Source: an uncultured Acidobacteriota bacterium
GTDB lineage: Bacteria; Acidobacteriota; Thermoanaerobaculia; Multivoradales; UBA5704
Assembly (NCBI GenBank): GCA_963832495.1
Contig: CAWHUF010000012.1
Location: forward strand, 74,140-138,139
Direction of reading: 5' to 3'
Length of the DNA stretch: 64,000 nucleotides
The position numbers and the translations under genes were made by a program. Below are positions 1 through 9,577 of this stretch, one piece after another. The notes under the pieces were generated by a model. The model was not told the DNA's origin, did not search any database, and saw only the letters and a list, made by a program, of their open reading frames with translations. The number at the start of each line of letters is the position of its first letter. Within the stretch, counting starts at the first letter, position 1.

Positions 1-718
1 CGCCCGAGGTGAGCCGCTTGGGCTCCGGGGCCTTGGCGCTGGCCGCGGGGACCTCGACCGTCCAGATGTGCCCGGGCCGGGTGAAGTCCAGATAGCCGGG
101 GCCGTTGAAGCGGTAGACCGCCCGGGTGATGACGCGGACATCGCTCTTGCGGTCCTTCTCCTCGGAAGCCTTTTTCGACTTGTCCGCGGACTTCGCGGGC
201 TCGTCCTTCCCCTCCTGGGCCTTCTTCAGGTCCTCGTCGGTCGTCTCGCTCGCGAAGGCGATGGTCTTGCCGTCCGGAGACCAGGAGGGAGCGCCCGCTC
301 CACCCGGCAGGTCCGTCAGCGCTACAGCCTCGCCGCCCTGGATGGAGATGAGATGGAGCTGCGGCGGTCCCGGTTTCTCTCCCTTCTTGACGGCCCGGCT
401 GAAAACGATCCGGGTGCTGTCCGGCGACCAGCGCGGCGAGTTGTCCCCCGGGCCGCTGGTGAAGGGCCGCGGCGGCTCGCTGCCGTCCGTGGGCACGATC
501 CAGAGGGCGGTCTCGTAGCCGTCCTTCTTCTCGTTGACGTTCACGCGGACGAAAACGGCCTGCTTGCCATCCGGCGAGATCTGCGGGTCCGCGATCCACA
601 CGAACTTGAAGAGGTCCGTCTCGGTGATGGGCCGCCTGGCGGCGGCGGAGACTCCGGGGAGACTCAGGAGGGCAAGGACGAACAGGGCTACGGAAGCTCG
701 GCGGGAAGCAAAAACCAT
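1..718 (-). CDS. S9 family serine peptidase (prolyl oligopeptidase / acylaminoacyl-peptidase type), N-terminal part; the gene continues beyond the window start
   Basis: Not in the ORF track because it is open at the window edge. My translation of the minus strand from the ATG at 718-716 gives MVFASRRASVALFVLALLSLPGVSAAARRPITETDLFKFVWIADPQISPDGKQAVFVRVNVNEKKDGYETALWIVPTDGSEPPRPFTSGPGDNSPRWSPDSTRIVF...APSWSPDGKTIAF. This shows a signal peptide plus repeated SPDG / SPRWSPD propeller-blade motifs typical of S9 N-terminal domains. Confidence 0.7.
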   Translation of the reverse strand, partial: MVFASRRASVALFVLALLSLPGVSAAARRPITETDLFKFVWIADPQISPDGKQAVFVRVNVNEKKDGYETALWIVPTDGSEPPRPFTSGPGDNSPRWSPDSTRIVFSRAVKKGEKPGPPQLHLISIQGGEAVALTDLPGGAGAPSWSPDGKTIAFASETTDEDLKKAQEGKDEPAKSADKSKKASEEKDRKSDVRVITRAVYRFNGPGYLDFTRPGHIWTVEVPAASAKAPEPKRLTSG

Positions 719-780
719 CAGATACACCTCCAGTATCGAGACATCCTCTCCGTACGGAAAGAGGAACGGAGAGTTGCAGG

Positions 781-1290
781 CTACCAGGGGAGGCTTTGTG
801 TCCGCACGCTTCCCCCGGACCACGGCTCACCTCGGAGAGGCAGCACCATGGAGCACAGCGGCGCCTCGATCTCGCCACCGGGCTGGTCGACCCGGACAGA
901 GGACCTGAGCTCCTGCCATCCCATCCTCTTGTAGAAGGAGACCATGGGCGGGAGGCAGAAGAGGAACCCGAAGCCGACCCCGAGCTCCCCCGCCATGAGC
1001 GCCACCGCGTCCTGGACAACGAGCTGAGCGAGCCCGCGATTCCTGTATTCCAGGACCGTGATGACGCCCCCCAGCCCTCCCACGGGCACGGACCGGCCGT
1101 CCACGAGCACGTCGTGCCGGAGGACCCCCGCGTGGGCCACGGCTGCGCCCTCATCGTAGGCAACGACATGCCAGTCCTTGGTCCGCCAGGTCAGCTCTAA
1201 CGGCAGGACCCCGAAGAGGTTCTCGCCCCAGCCGAAAAGCTTCTGGTGGTCCTCCTCGGAGAGGTCCTGCGTGCGGCGGATTTCGATCAT
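781..1290 (-). CDS. GNAT family N-acetyltransferase
   Basis: Track ORF 781..1587(-). The first 99 codons are Arg/Pro-rich junk. The credible start is the internal ATG at codon 100 (1290): MIEIRRTQDLSEEDHQKLFGWGENLF... It has an acetyl-CoA-pocket-like RNRGLAQLVVQDAV and starts 8 nt downstream of the oxygenase stop. Confidence 0.7.
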   Translation of the reverse strand: MIEIRRTQDLSEEDHQKLFGWGENLFGVLPLELTWRTKDWHVVAYDEGAAVAHAGVLRHDVLVDGRSVPVGGLGGVITVLEYRNRGLAQLVVQDAVALMAGELGVGFGFLFCLPPMVSFYKRMGWQELRSSVRVDQPGGEIEAPLCSMVLPLRGEPWSGGSVRTQSLPW

Positions 1291-1298
1291 GTTCCGGC

Positions 1299-2246
1299 CT
1301 ACTCCTTTAAACCAATCTCCCGCAACCGCTGCTCCAGGAATTCCCCGGCCTTGATGGGCGGGAACTTCGCCGGCCAGTCCGCGGAGACGAAGCGCTCGTG
1401 GACTGTCAGGTCGCACGACGGGTAGGGATGGACGAAGAAGGGCATGGAGAAGCGGTCGCGCCCGGCGTCCGCCGCGGGGTTGACCACCCGGTGGGTGGTA
1501 GCGGGGATCACCTCGTTGGTGAAGCGCGAGAGCATGTCCCCGGCGTCCACCACGATCTGACCCGGACCGCTCTCGACCGCCATCCACTCGCCGTCGCGGG
1601 TGAGGATTTCGAGCCCCGAGTCCGTGGCCTCGCAGAGCAGGGTGATGAGGTTGATGTCCTCGTGGGCCGCGGCGCGCACGGCCGGGTCGTGCTCGGGCAG
1701 GACCGGCGGATAGTGGATGATGCGCAGGACGCTGTTGCCCACGTCCATCATGGAAGAGAAGGTGTCCCGTGGCAGGCCGAAGGACTCGGCCAGGGCGCGC
1801 AGCAGGTTCTCCGCCACCCGTTCCAGGCTCTTGTAGAGCCGCAGCGTGGGCTCCGTGATCTCGGGGATCTCCGCCGGCCAGACGTTCTGCGGGTACTCCT
1901 CGCGCAGGGGATGGCCCTCGGGCGGCTCCTGGCCCACGTGCCAGAACTCCTTGAGGTCCGGCAGGGGATGGTCCTTGGCGTGCTCGACCCCGAAGGGCGT
2001 GTAGCCCCGGCCCTCCCCGGCGTCCGCATACTTCTTCTTTACCTCCTCCGGCAGCTTGAAGAACCGCTTCCAGAGGTCGTAGGTGCCGTCGATCAGCGAG
2101 GTGTCGATGCCGTGCCCCTCGACGTTCAGGAACCCGGTCTCCTGGAGCCCCTGGCCCAGCGTATCGATCAGGCGCTTCCGGGACGCGGCGCCGCCGGAGG
2201 TGTAGTCGTTCAGGTCAACGGTCTGAATGGTCTTGGTTTGCCTCAT
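1299..2246 (-). CDS. 2OG-Fe(II) oxygenase (isopenicillin N synthase-like family)
   Basis: 315-aa ORF with an HxD...H facial triad (AAHEDINLITLL ... ATTHRVVNP) and RxS (RDRFSMPFF). The N-terminal DIOX_N-like part reads VDLNDY...FLNVEGHGI. Confidence 0.85.
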   Translation of the reverse strand: MRQTKTIQTVDLNDYTSGGAASRKRLIDTLGQGLQETGFLNVEGHGIDTSLIDGTYDLWKRFFKLPEEVKKKYADAGEGRGYTPFGVEHAKDHPLPDLKEFWHVGQEPPEGHPLREEYPQNVWPAEIPEITEPTLRLYKSLERVAENLLRALAESFGLPRDTFSSMMDVGNSVLRIIHYPPVLPEHDPAVRAAAHEDINLITLLCEATDSGLEILTRDGEWMAVESGPGQIVVDAGDMLSRFTNEVIPATTHRVVNPAADAGRDRFSMPFFVHPYPSCDLTVHERFVSADWPAKFPPIKAGEFLEQRLREIGLKE

Positions 2247-2265
2247 CGGGGGCGGAGCTTATCAG

Positions 2266-2333
2266 TCCCGTCCGTGCCCGTCCGTGCCCGTCCGTGCCCG
2301 TCCGTGCCCGTCCGTGCCTGTCCGTGCCCGTCC
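2266..2333. repeat. Tandem decamer array, about 6.5 x CGTCCGTGCC, in a divergent promoter region
   Basis: Read directly: five perfect CGTCCGTGCC units, one TGTCCGTGCC and a partial CGTCC. It lies between the start of the oxygenase gene (2246, minus) and the dynamin-like gene (2396, plus). A related array is at 62495-62533. Confidence 0.9.
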
Positions 2334-2395
2334 AAGCGCCCTGGCATACCCCGTGCTATGTTCCCCCCACGGATGGCCCCACGGGCGGGGAAACG

Positions 2396-4129
2396 ATGCT
2401 GCGGCGCATTCTCAATCGGAATCAAGACGAGCTTTTAGCGGAAAACCGCCGCCTGCTCGCGGATCTGCAGCAGGCGCTCGCCCGGTTCGACGCCTCGGCG
2501 GAAGACCAGGAAACCGTCAAGCGGTCGGCCCTCCAGCTCGACGAGCTGTTCCTCCTCGTGGTGGCCGGCGAGTTCAACGCCGGCAAGAGCGCCTTCATCA
2601 ACGCCCTCCTGGGCAGCAAGGTCCTCGAAGAGGGGGTCACCCCGACCACCACCCACGTCCACGTCATCAAGTACGGCGGCGCGGTCACCTCCACCCCCGT
2701 GGAGACGGCGCTCGACGTGATCACCGCCCCGGTCGAGCTGCTCCAGGACATCAACATCGTCGACACTCCCGGCACCAACGCCATCCACCGCGAGCACGAG
2801 GCCATCACCCGCGAGTTCGTGCCCCGGTCGGACATGGTGCTCTTCGTCACCTCGGCCGACCGCCCGTTCACGGAGAGCGAGCGTGCCTTCCTCCAGGGCA
2901 TCCGTGACTGGGGGAAGAAGACCGTGATCGTGGTGAACAAGATCGACATCCTGGAGACGCCCGAGGACGTCGAACGCGTCCTCGCCTTCGTGGCCGACAG
3001 CGCCAGGACCCTCCTCGGCTTCACCCCGGAGATCTTCCCCGTGGCGGCCCGCCTGGCCCTGCGCGGCAAGATGAATGACGATCCCGCCCTCTTCGCCCAG
3101 AGCCGCTTCGAGGCGCTGGAGACCTACATCGTCGACACGCTCGACGAGAAGGAGCGGGTCCGGCTGAAGCTCCTCAACCCTCTGGGAGTCGCCGAGCACC
3201 TCGCCAAGCGGTACTTGGAGGTCGCGGACGGCCGGCTCAACCTCCTCAAGGAGGACTTCGCGGCCATCGAGGACATCGAGCGCCAGATGGCCCTCTTCAA
3301 GGAGGACATGCAGCGCGAGTTCCGCTTCCGCCTCTCGGACGTGGACAACGTCCTGCGCGAGCTCGAAAACCGGGGGATGAGCTTCTTCGATGACACCATG
3401 CGCATCGCCCGCGTGATGGACCTGCTCAACAAATCCAAGATGAAGGCCGACTTCGAGCGGAACGTCGTGGCCGACCTGCCCCAGCGCATCGAGCGGCGGG
3501 TGAGCGAGATCATCGACTGGCTGGTCAATTCCGAGCTGCGCCAGTGGCAGGCCGTGACCGAGCACCTGGCCCTGCGCCGCCAGCAGCACGCGGACCGCAT
3601 CGTGGGCCAGGTGGGCCGGAGCTTCGACATGGACCGCTCGCGCCTGCTCGAAAGCGTCGGCCGCGCCGCCCAGCGCTCGGTGGAGGCGTTCGACCGGGAG
3701 GGGGAAGCGAACCGGCTGGCCGACTCGGTCCAGATGGCGGTGGCGGGCACGGCCCTGGCCGAGGTGGGTGCCATCGGCCTCGGGGCCATCCTCACCCACC
3801 TGGCCGTCACGGCGGCGGCGGACTTCACGGGCATCCTCGCCGCCAGCACGATCGCCGTGCTGGGCTTCTTCATCATCCCCAACCGCCGGAGCGCGGCCAA
3901 GAAGGACCTGAGCGAGAAGATCGCCACCATGCGCGAGCAGCTCATGAGCTCTCTCACGGGCCAGTTCGACCGCGAGATCGAGGGCAGCCTGCGGCGTATC
4001 GACGAGGCCATCGGCCCCTACACCCGCTTCGTCCGCTCCGAACGAGACCTTCTCACCCAGGCCCGCGAGGAGCTCAACACCGTCAACCAGGGTTTGATGC
4101 AGCTGCGGTCTCGGGTGGAATCGCTGTAA
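2396..4129 (+). CDS. Bacterial dynamin-like GTPase with a C-terminal membrane hairpin
   Basis: Track ORF 2294..4129, with the start moved to the ATG at codon 35 (MLRRILNRNQ). G1 is GEFNAGKSAFINALLG, G3 is DTPGTN and G4 is NKID. It has long coiled-coil-like helical regions and a hydrophobic stretch, GTALAEVGAIGLGAILTHLAVTAAADFTGILAASTIAVLGFFIIP. Confidence 0.85.
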   Translation: MLRRILNRNQDELLAENRRLLADLQQALARFDASAEDQETVKRSALQLDELFLLVVAGEFNAGKSAFINALLGSKVLEEGVTPTTTHVHVIKYGGAVTSTPVETALDVITAPVELLQDINIVDTPGTNAIHREHEAITREFVPRSDMVLFVTSADRPFTESERAFLQGIRDWGKKTVIVVNKIDILETPEDVERVLAFVADSARTLLGFTPEIFPVAARLALRGKMNDDPALFAQSRFEALETYIVDTLDEKERVRLKLLNPLGVAEHLAKRYLEVADGRLNLLKEDFAAIEDIERQMALFKEDMQREFRFRLSDVDNVLRELENRGMSFFDDTMRIARVMDLLNKSKMKADFERNVVADLPQRIERRVSEIIDWLVNSELRQWQAVTEHLALRRQQHADRIVGQVGRSFDMDRSRLLESVGRAAQRSVEAFDREGEANRLADSVQMAVAGTALAEVGAIGLGAILTHLAVTAAADFTGILAASTIAVLGFFIIPNRRSAAKKDLSEKIATMREQLMSSLTGQFDREIEGSLRRIDEAIGPYTRFVRSERDLLTQAREELNTVNQGLMQLRSRVESL

Positions 4130-4142
4130 GCTCCCCTACCGC

Positions 4143-5747
4143 ATGAGCAACCCCCCGAATCCCCCAACGAAGAAGCGCAGCACTCTCCAGAGCCTCAAGG
4201 ACGCGTTCACTTCCTGGCGCACCGCCTCGGTGACGCTGATGTCTTTTGCGTCCGGCATGCCCCTGGGGCTGGTGTGGATCGCCATCCCGGACTGGATGCG
4301 CAAGTCGGGCATCGACATCCGCGTGGTGGGCCTGATCACGCTCGCCCAGGCGCCGTGGACGTTCAAGTTCCTCTGGTCCCCCCTGATGGACCGCTTCGTG
4401 CCACCGAAGCTCGGGCGGCGCCGGGGGTGGACCGCCATCGCCCAGGTCGCGCTCCTCGCCCTCACTTTCTCGCTGGCGGGGCTCGGGAACAACCCGGACA
4501 CCCCGTGGGTGCTCTTCGCCCTCACCCTGGCCATCGGCTTCGCCGCCGCCACCCAGGACATCGCCATCGACGCCTATGCCGTGGACGTGCTGCGCCCGGA
4601 CGAGCAGGCGGTCGCGGTGGGCGCCCGCAACGCCCTCTACCGCACGGGCATGCAGCTCGCGGGCAGCTTCTCCATCACCCTCGCCGGATGGTTCGGCTGG
4701 CCGGCCGTCAACATCTTCCTGGCCTGCCTCTACCTGCCCATGCTGCTGGTGACCTTCCGGGCGCCCGATCCCGCGGACGTGGCCATCGCTCCGAGGACGA
4801 TCAAAGAGGCCGTCTGGCACCCCTTCCTCGGCTTCCTCGCTCGCCACCGGGCGCTCGAGATCCTCGCCTTCGTCTTCTTCTACAAGCTGGCGGACCAGCT
4901 CGTTCAGGCCCTTCAGCGGCCGTTCCTGGTGGACAAGGGCTACAGCGACTTCGACCGCGGGTTCGTGCTGTTCTGGATCGGGCTCGTGGCCAACATCGTG
5001 GGCACGCTCATCGGCGGGATCATGACGCGGCCCCTGGGCCTGGGCCGGTCGCTCTGGATCTTCGGCTTCTTCCAGATCTTCTCGAACGTGGGCTACGCCG
5101 TGCTCGCCCACCAGGCCGGGGTGAACCGCCCGATGATGTGGGCCGCCTTCTTCTTCGAGGCGTTCGCGAGCGGCCTGGGGAGCGGCGCGTTCCTGGTGCT
5201 GATGATGCGGATGACGCAGAAGCGCTTCTCCGCCACGCAGTACGCCCTGTTCTCCAGCCTCTTCGGCCTGCCACGCATCATCTCCGGCCCCATCTGCGGC
5301 TACATGGTCTATGCCATCGGCTGGGAGGCCTTCTTCTGGTCCACGCTCGCCTTCGGCATTCCCGGCATGATCCTGCTCTCCCGGTTCGTCCCCTGGGGCG
5401 CCCGCGAGCCGGAGTTCAAGGTGGAGCCGCCGAAGATCGGCCGGCCTCTGACCGGCGGCGAGCTCGTGTCGCGCGGCCTGGCCGGCGGCGTCATCGGCAC
5501 GGGTTTCGGTGCCCTGGTGATCGCCCTCATGGACGCCCTCAAGGCCTTCAAGGACAAGCCGGACGCGGGCTTCGACTTCGTGACGCCGATCACCCAGATC
5601 CTGCGTCCGGAAGGCACCGCGGGCTGGATGACGCTGGTGGGGCTTGTGGTGTTCGGCGTGACCTGCGGCCTGCTGACCGCCGCCATCGTGGCGGCCCGGC
5701 ACGGGGCCGGGCAGGGGATCGCGGAGGATCTGGCGCCGGAGGTGTGA
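4143..5747 (+). CDS. ampG: AmpG-family MFS permease (muropeptide-type transporter)
   Basis: 534-aa polytopic protein. Its N-terminus, SFASGMPLGLVWIAIPDWMRKSGIDIRVVGLITLAQAPWTFKFLWSPLMDR, matches the AmpG signature (G-[LM]-P-L ... KFLW-P-L-DR). It starts 13 nt after the dynamin gene. Confidence 0.75.
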   Translation: MSNPPNPPTKKRSTLQSLKDAFTSWRTASVTLMSFASGMPLGLVWIAIPDWMRKSGIDIRVVGLITLAQAPWTFKFLWSPLMDRFVPPKLGRRRGWTAIAQVALLALTFSLAGLGNNPDTPWVLFALTLAIGFAAATQDIAIDAYAVDVLRPDEQAVAVGARNALYRTGMQLAGSFSITLAGWFGWPAVNIFLACLYLPMLLVTFRAPDPADVAIAPRTIKEAVWHPFLGFLARHRALEILAFVFFYKLADQLVQALQRPFLVDKGYSDFDRGFVLFWIGLVANIVGTLIGGIMTRPLGLGRSLWIFGFFQIFSNVGYAVLAHQAGVNRPMMWAAFFFEAFASGLGSGAFLVLMMRMTQKRFSATQYALFSSLFGLPRIISGPICGYMVYAIGWEAFFWSTLAFGIPGMILLSRFVPWGAREPEFKVEPPKIGRPLTGGELVSRGLAGGVIGTGFGALVIALMDALKAFKDKPDAGFDFVTPITQILRPEGTAGWMTLVGLVVFGVTCGLLTAAIVAARHGAGQGIAEDLAPEV

Positions 5748-5788
5748 GGCGGGGTGGAGACCTCCCCCACGCCCGCCAGGGGATCACG

Positions 5789-8700
5789 TCAAAACAGTGG
5801 CATCCCGAACGTCGTAACCAGGAACTTCGCCATCTGAGCCCGGGTGACGGGAGAGGTCGGGCAGTAAGCCCCGCCACCACAGCCCGAAGTCAGACCGCGG
5901 AGGGCGAGCTCCTGGACCCACGGACAGTAAGAGCTCTCCTCCGGCACGTCGATGAACGGCGTCTCCGTGCAAGGGGGTGGCGTGTAGCTCGTCCCCTCCA
6001 GGGAGGTCAGCAGGAAGAAGGCCGTTTGCTGGCGCGTCACTGGCGAGGTCGGGCAGAAGTTCCCATTGCCACAGCCCTTGGTGATGCCCCGCAGCGCCAG
6101 TTCCTGGATCCAGGGGCAATAGGTGCTGCCGACCGGCACGTCGTTGAACGGCGGCGTCGTGCAGGGTGGCGGCGTGTAGGTCTTCCCCTCCTTGGCCCGC
6201 AGCAGGAAGAAGGCCATCTGCTGGCGCGTCACCTCGGTTTCGGGGCAGTACACCCGCGGAGACATGCCGCACCCCTGGGTGATGCCGTTCCTGTAGAGCG
6301 CCTCGACCCACTTCTTGGCCCAGTGCCCTCGCGGCACGTCCGCGAACACCGTACCCAGGAAGTCGAGGGCGGCGGACATCACGTCGCGCCGCGCCTCGGC
6401 CGTGGGCAGAGCCTCGAACGGGAAACCGAGGAAGATCGTCCGGTAGCTCGGCCCGACCTTGCTGACTCCGGCGTTCCCGAAGCCGGGGCCGATCGTGCCC
6501 ATCCAATCGAAAGCCACCGTGGCTCCCGGAGCTGGATTGAGATCGTCGTTGTCGTAGGTGCTGTAATACTCGAAGTAATAAGGGCCGAGGCCGCTGAAAT
6601 CCGGGCCCTTGCCCATCACCTGGTAGTAGCTGCGGTCCAGATAGTAAGAGCCCACACCCAGATAGTTTTGTATGAAGGAAGTGAAGCCCCAGTCTTCGAT
6701 GTACTCCGAAGCGCTCACGAACAGGCTGCCACCGCCGTTGAGGTAGGTGGTCAGCAGGTTTTCCTCGGCTGGAGAGAGGCCGTAGTAGGTACCCGGGAAC
6801 CAGACGACTCTCGGATACGCTGCCAGCGTGGCGGCATCGGGGAACCCGGCCGTCGTGACGGTCCACAGGTCATAGATCCTGCCGGAGGCCTGGACCGCCT
6901 GGGTGAAGGCTGAGATATCGGAGTCCCCGTAGCTTGCGTCCACCACGAGCACTCCGGGCAGGCCCTGCTCGTAGTTGACGGTCACAGTCAAGGCGCTCGC
7001 CGGCATGGTCAACGAGTTGGTCAGCGCCTTGCTGGAGTCCGCGATCGTGTTGACCCAGCTCCCCACCCGCCAATAGTTGGCCGGAGCCGCCGTGAGATCG
7101 ATCTGCTCGGTATAGTGATACTGGCCGGCCGGGCACCCCGGTGAGCTCGTGGGCGAGGCCACCGGATCGGCGCCGGAGCCGGTGTGATTCCGGGTGAGGG
7201 CAAAGCACTGGGCCTGGTACGCCGCCGAGACCGTGTGCGGCGCCGCCGGCATGGTCAGCGAGTTGGTCAGCGCGGCCGATCCGTCATTGTTCGTGCCGGT
7301 CCAACCCGTGAAGGCCGATCCGGGGCCAGGGCCCGCCGCCAACTGAACCAGGGTACCGGCGTGGAACTGTCCAGGCGCACAACCCGACGAGCTCGTGGGA
7401 GACGGCATGGGGTTGCTGCCGGAGCCGTCGCCGGTACGGGTACGGGTCAGGAGATAGCACGGCTGCTTGTCGATGACGAGGAAGACGCCGTCCGGATAGG
7501 GGTTCTCGTCCCCGTCGTTGGACCCCACCAGCAGCCGGCGGTTGGAGACCCCGTCGGGCGCTCCGTTGAAGTCGACCGACACGGTCACCGTCTTCGCTCC
7601 TCCCGCAGGAATGTCGAACGGCGCCTCGGGGGACCAGCGGGTCCAGGAGGCCGGCGTATCGAGCTGCAGGGACAGAACCGCGAGGACGGCCGTACCGTCG
7701 TTGTGGATCGTGAACGAATGGGAAGTGCGGGGACCGTTGAGCACGGCCCGTCCGAGATGGATGCGACGCATGCCCTGAACGCCGTTGCCACTCACAGGAG
7801 TGGCGGTCTCGCGCAGCAGCGCCAGCAGATCCGTCACGGCCGCCGTGGGGTTCGCCTGCCGGAGGACGGCCCAGGCGCCAGACACGTGGGGAGCCGCCAT
7901 CGAGGTACCGTTGAAGTTGGCGAGCCCACCGCCCGGCACCGAGGATTCGACCGAGACGCCCGGAGCCAACAGATCGAGAAAGGACGCAACGTTGGAGAAG
8001 TAAGCCACATTGTCCGCGTCGTCCGTGGCTCCCACGCTGATGGCGGATGAGATACAGGCTGGAGCGGAGAGGTAGCCGAAGTACCCGTTGTTGCCCGAGG
8101 AAACCACGGTAGCCACGTCGATCGAGCGCAGGTTGTCGATGGCCGCCTTGCGGGCGGCGTTGTCCGCGTCACAAGCGGAGCGGCTGGAGTAATACCCTCC
8201 CCCCAGACTCATGTTGACTGCGGCAATGTTGAAATCGTCCGCCAGGTCGTAGACTCGCTCGAGACCCTTGATCTGGTCGCTCACCCAGGCTCCGATGCAG
8301 TACCCGCCGCAGCTCAGAGAGAAGACCTGGACCGCAATCATGTCAGCGCCGCGGGCCACTCCGAACCCGGGCCCCGTGCCGTTGTTCCCCGCCGCGATAC
8401 CGGCGACGTGGGTGCCGTGGACACAGTCACCGTAGTAATCGGTGCAGGGGGCGCCCGAGCCGGGGGCGGTGGACTCCTGAACCCCACCCGGGCAGACGCT
8501 CGTCGAGGAGTTGGGGACGATGGAGGAGTAGCAGGCCTCCGAGACCACCTTGTTCCCGGATCCCGAGGAGAAGAACGGATGGGTCTTGTCGACGCCCGTG
8601 TCGAGCACCGCGACCACTTGCCCGTCGCCCGTCCACCCACTCGCCCACGCCACACCGGCGCCGATGACCGCCGTGCTGCTCACGAGCGTGGCCTTGTCGA

Positions 8701-9220
8701 AGACATCCTCTTCGATCCCGTTGACCTCCGCCATGGAAGCCAGCAGGTCGAGGGCCTTGGCGTCGACCTCCAGCGCCAGGAAGGGGATGTACTCGAACCG
8801 GGCCGCCAGCTTCGCCCGCTCCGTCCCCAGCCGGTTGAGGACGGCATCCTGGACCCGGTCGATGGCCAGACGCTGGTCCCGCACCGCTTGAGGACTGGAT
8901 TGCCTCCCCTCTGGCGTGAAGGGCGCCGCCAGCCGCACCAGCACCCGCACCACGCGCTGCTCGCGGGCTTTCTCCCGCAAGGCTCCCACGACCTCGGGTC
9001 GGATGCCGGGGGCCGGCAGGCTCTCCGAGACCTCGGCTGGGCGCGCAGCCGAAGCCGCAACCGAGGACGGTCCGGCAGCGCCGAAATAGAGAGTTGTGGG
9101 CTCGATCCGGATCTCCGCGGCGGCATGGGCAGTGCCCGTCATAGCCAATAGGGCGGCAATCCCGAAAACCCAGGAAGTCAGCTTGGGCATGAGGTAGAGA
9201 CGATCTGGACGACCTCCCAT
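5789..9220 (-). CDS. Secreted S8 (subtilisin) serine peptidase with two InlB-B-repeat-like units, a shared about 250-aa domain and three C-terminal SLH repeats
   Basis: Track ORF 5789..9253. I prefer the ATG at 9220 (MGGRPDRLYLMPKLTSWVFGIAALLAMTGTAHA), which has AAGGAG 7 nt upstream. The catalytic triad is VVAVLDTGVD, HGTHVAGIAAGN and GTSMAAPHVSGAWAVL. SLH repeats are FADVPRGHWAKKWVEALYRNGITQGCG, FNDVPVGSTYCPWIQELALRGITKGCG and FIDVPEESSYCPWVQELALRGLTSGCG. Confidence 0.9.
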   Translation of the reverse strand: MGGRPDRLYLMPKLTSWVFGIAALLAMTGTAHAAAEIRIEPTTLYFGAAGPSSVAASAARPAEVSESLPAPGIRPEVVGALREKAREQRVVRVLVRLAAPFTPEGRQSSPQAVRDQRLAIDRVQDAVLNRLGTERAKLAARFEYIPFLALEVDAKALDLLASMAEVNGIEEDVFDKATLVSSTAVIGAGVAWASGWTGDGQVVAVLDTGVDKTHPFFSSGSGNKVVSEACYSSIVPNSSTSVCPGGVQESTAPGSGAPCTDYYGDCVHGTHVAGIAAGNNGTGPGFGVARGADMIAVQVFSLSCGGYCIGAWVSDQIKGLERVYDLADDFNIAAVNMSLGGGYYSSRSACDADNAARKAAIDNLRSIDVATVVSSGNNGYFGYLSAPACISSAISVGATDDADNVAYFSNVASFLDLLAPGVSVESSVPGGGLANFNGTSMAAPHVSGAWAVLRQANPTAAVTDLLALLRETATPVSGNGVQGMRRIHLGRAVLNGPRTSHSFTIHNDGTAVLAVLSLQLDTPASWTRWSPEAPFDIPAGGAKTVTVSVDFNGAPDGVSNRRLLVGSNDGDENPYPDGVFLVIDKQPCYLLTRTRTGDGSGSNPMPSPTSSSGCAPGQFHAGTLVQLAAGPGPGSAFTGWTGTNNDGSAALTNSLTMPAAPHTVSAAYQAQCFALTRNHTGSGADPVASPTSSPGCPAGQYHYTEQIDLTAAPANYWRVGSWVNTIADSSKALTNSLTMPASALTVTVNYEQGLPGVLVVDASYGDSDISAFTQAVQASGRIYDLWTVTTAGFPDAATLAAYPRVVWFPGTYYGLSPAEENLLTTYLNGGGSLFVSASEYIEDWGFTSFIQNYLGVGSYYLDRSYYQVMGKGPDFSGLGPYYFEYYSTYDNDDLNPAPGATVAFDWMGTIGPGFGNAGVSKVGPSYRTIFLGFPFEALPTAEARRDVMSAALDFLGTVFADVPRGHWAKKWVEALYRNGITQGCGMSPRVYCPETEVTRQQMAFFLLRAKEGKTYTPPPCTTPPFNDVPVGSTYCPWIQELALRGITKGCGNGNFCPTSPVTRQQTAFFLLTSLEGTSYTPPPCTETPFIDVPEESSYCPWVQELALRGLTSGCGGGAYCPTSPVTRAQMAKFLVTTFGMPLF

Positions 9221-9385
9221 AGGGAATCTCCTTGCTGAAGGGGTTTCTGTCATTTTACCTTTCTCTCTCGCATTGGGGATGACCGCGAAAGAGAAACCGT
9301 TTCATACTGATCTCGTAATATTCATGGGACTGGTCAAATCGGCCGGTCCGTTCAGGCCGTGCACGCGGCCGGGAGGAAAACGACA

Positions 9386-9577
9386 ATGCCGCTCTACCGC
9401 TCTCGCAGGCACAAGGTCATCGCCGGGGTTTGCGGCGGCATCGCCGAATGGCTGGGCTGGGAGCCGACGGTGGTGCGAATTGCCTATGTGATCATTTCGG
9501 CCGCTTCCGTGGCCTTTCCCGGGCTCATCGCCTATATCGTCCTCTGGGTCGTGATGCCCAAGGAGCCCGTGGTCTAG
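9386..9577 (+). CDS. PspC domain-containing membrane protein
   Basis: MPLYRSRRHKVIAGVCGGIAEWLGWEPTVVRIAYVIISAASVAFPGLIAYIVLWVVMP is a canonical PspC motif (R...GVCGG[IL]A). GGGAGG lies upstream of the ATG at codon 10 of track ORF 9359..9577. Confidence 0.85.
   Translation: MPLYRSRRHKVIAGVCGGIAEWLGWEPTVVRIAYVIISAASVAFPGLIAYIVLWVVMPKEPVV

Noticed and set aside
68-934. Track ORFs 68..934(+), 126..518(+) and 534..908(+) at the left edge
   Set aside because: They lie antisense to, or out of frame with, a convincing S9 peptidase gene on the minus strand (1-718). Their products are Arg/Gly/Pro-rich junk typical of high-GC shadow frames.
4083-6913. Long ORFs 4083..5702(-, 539 aa) and 4274..6913(+, 879 aa)
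   Set aside because: They overlap the well-supported ampG-like and S8 protease genes in alternative frames. Their composition (R/G/P/A/H rich, no motifs) marks them as GC-driven shadow ORFs.
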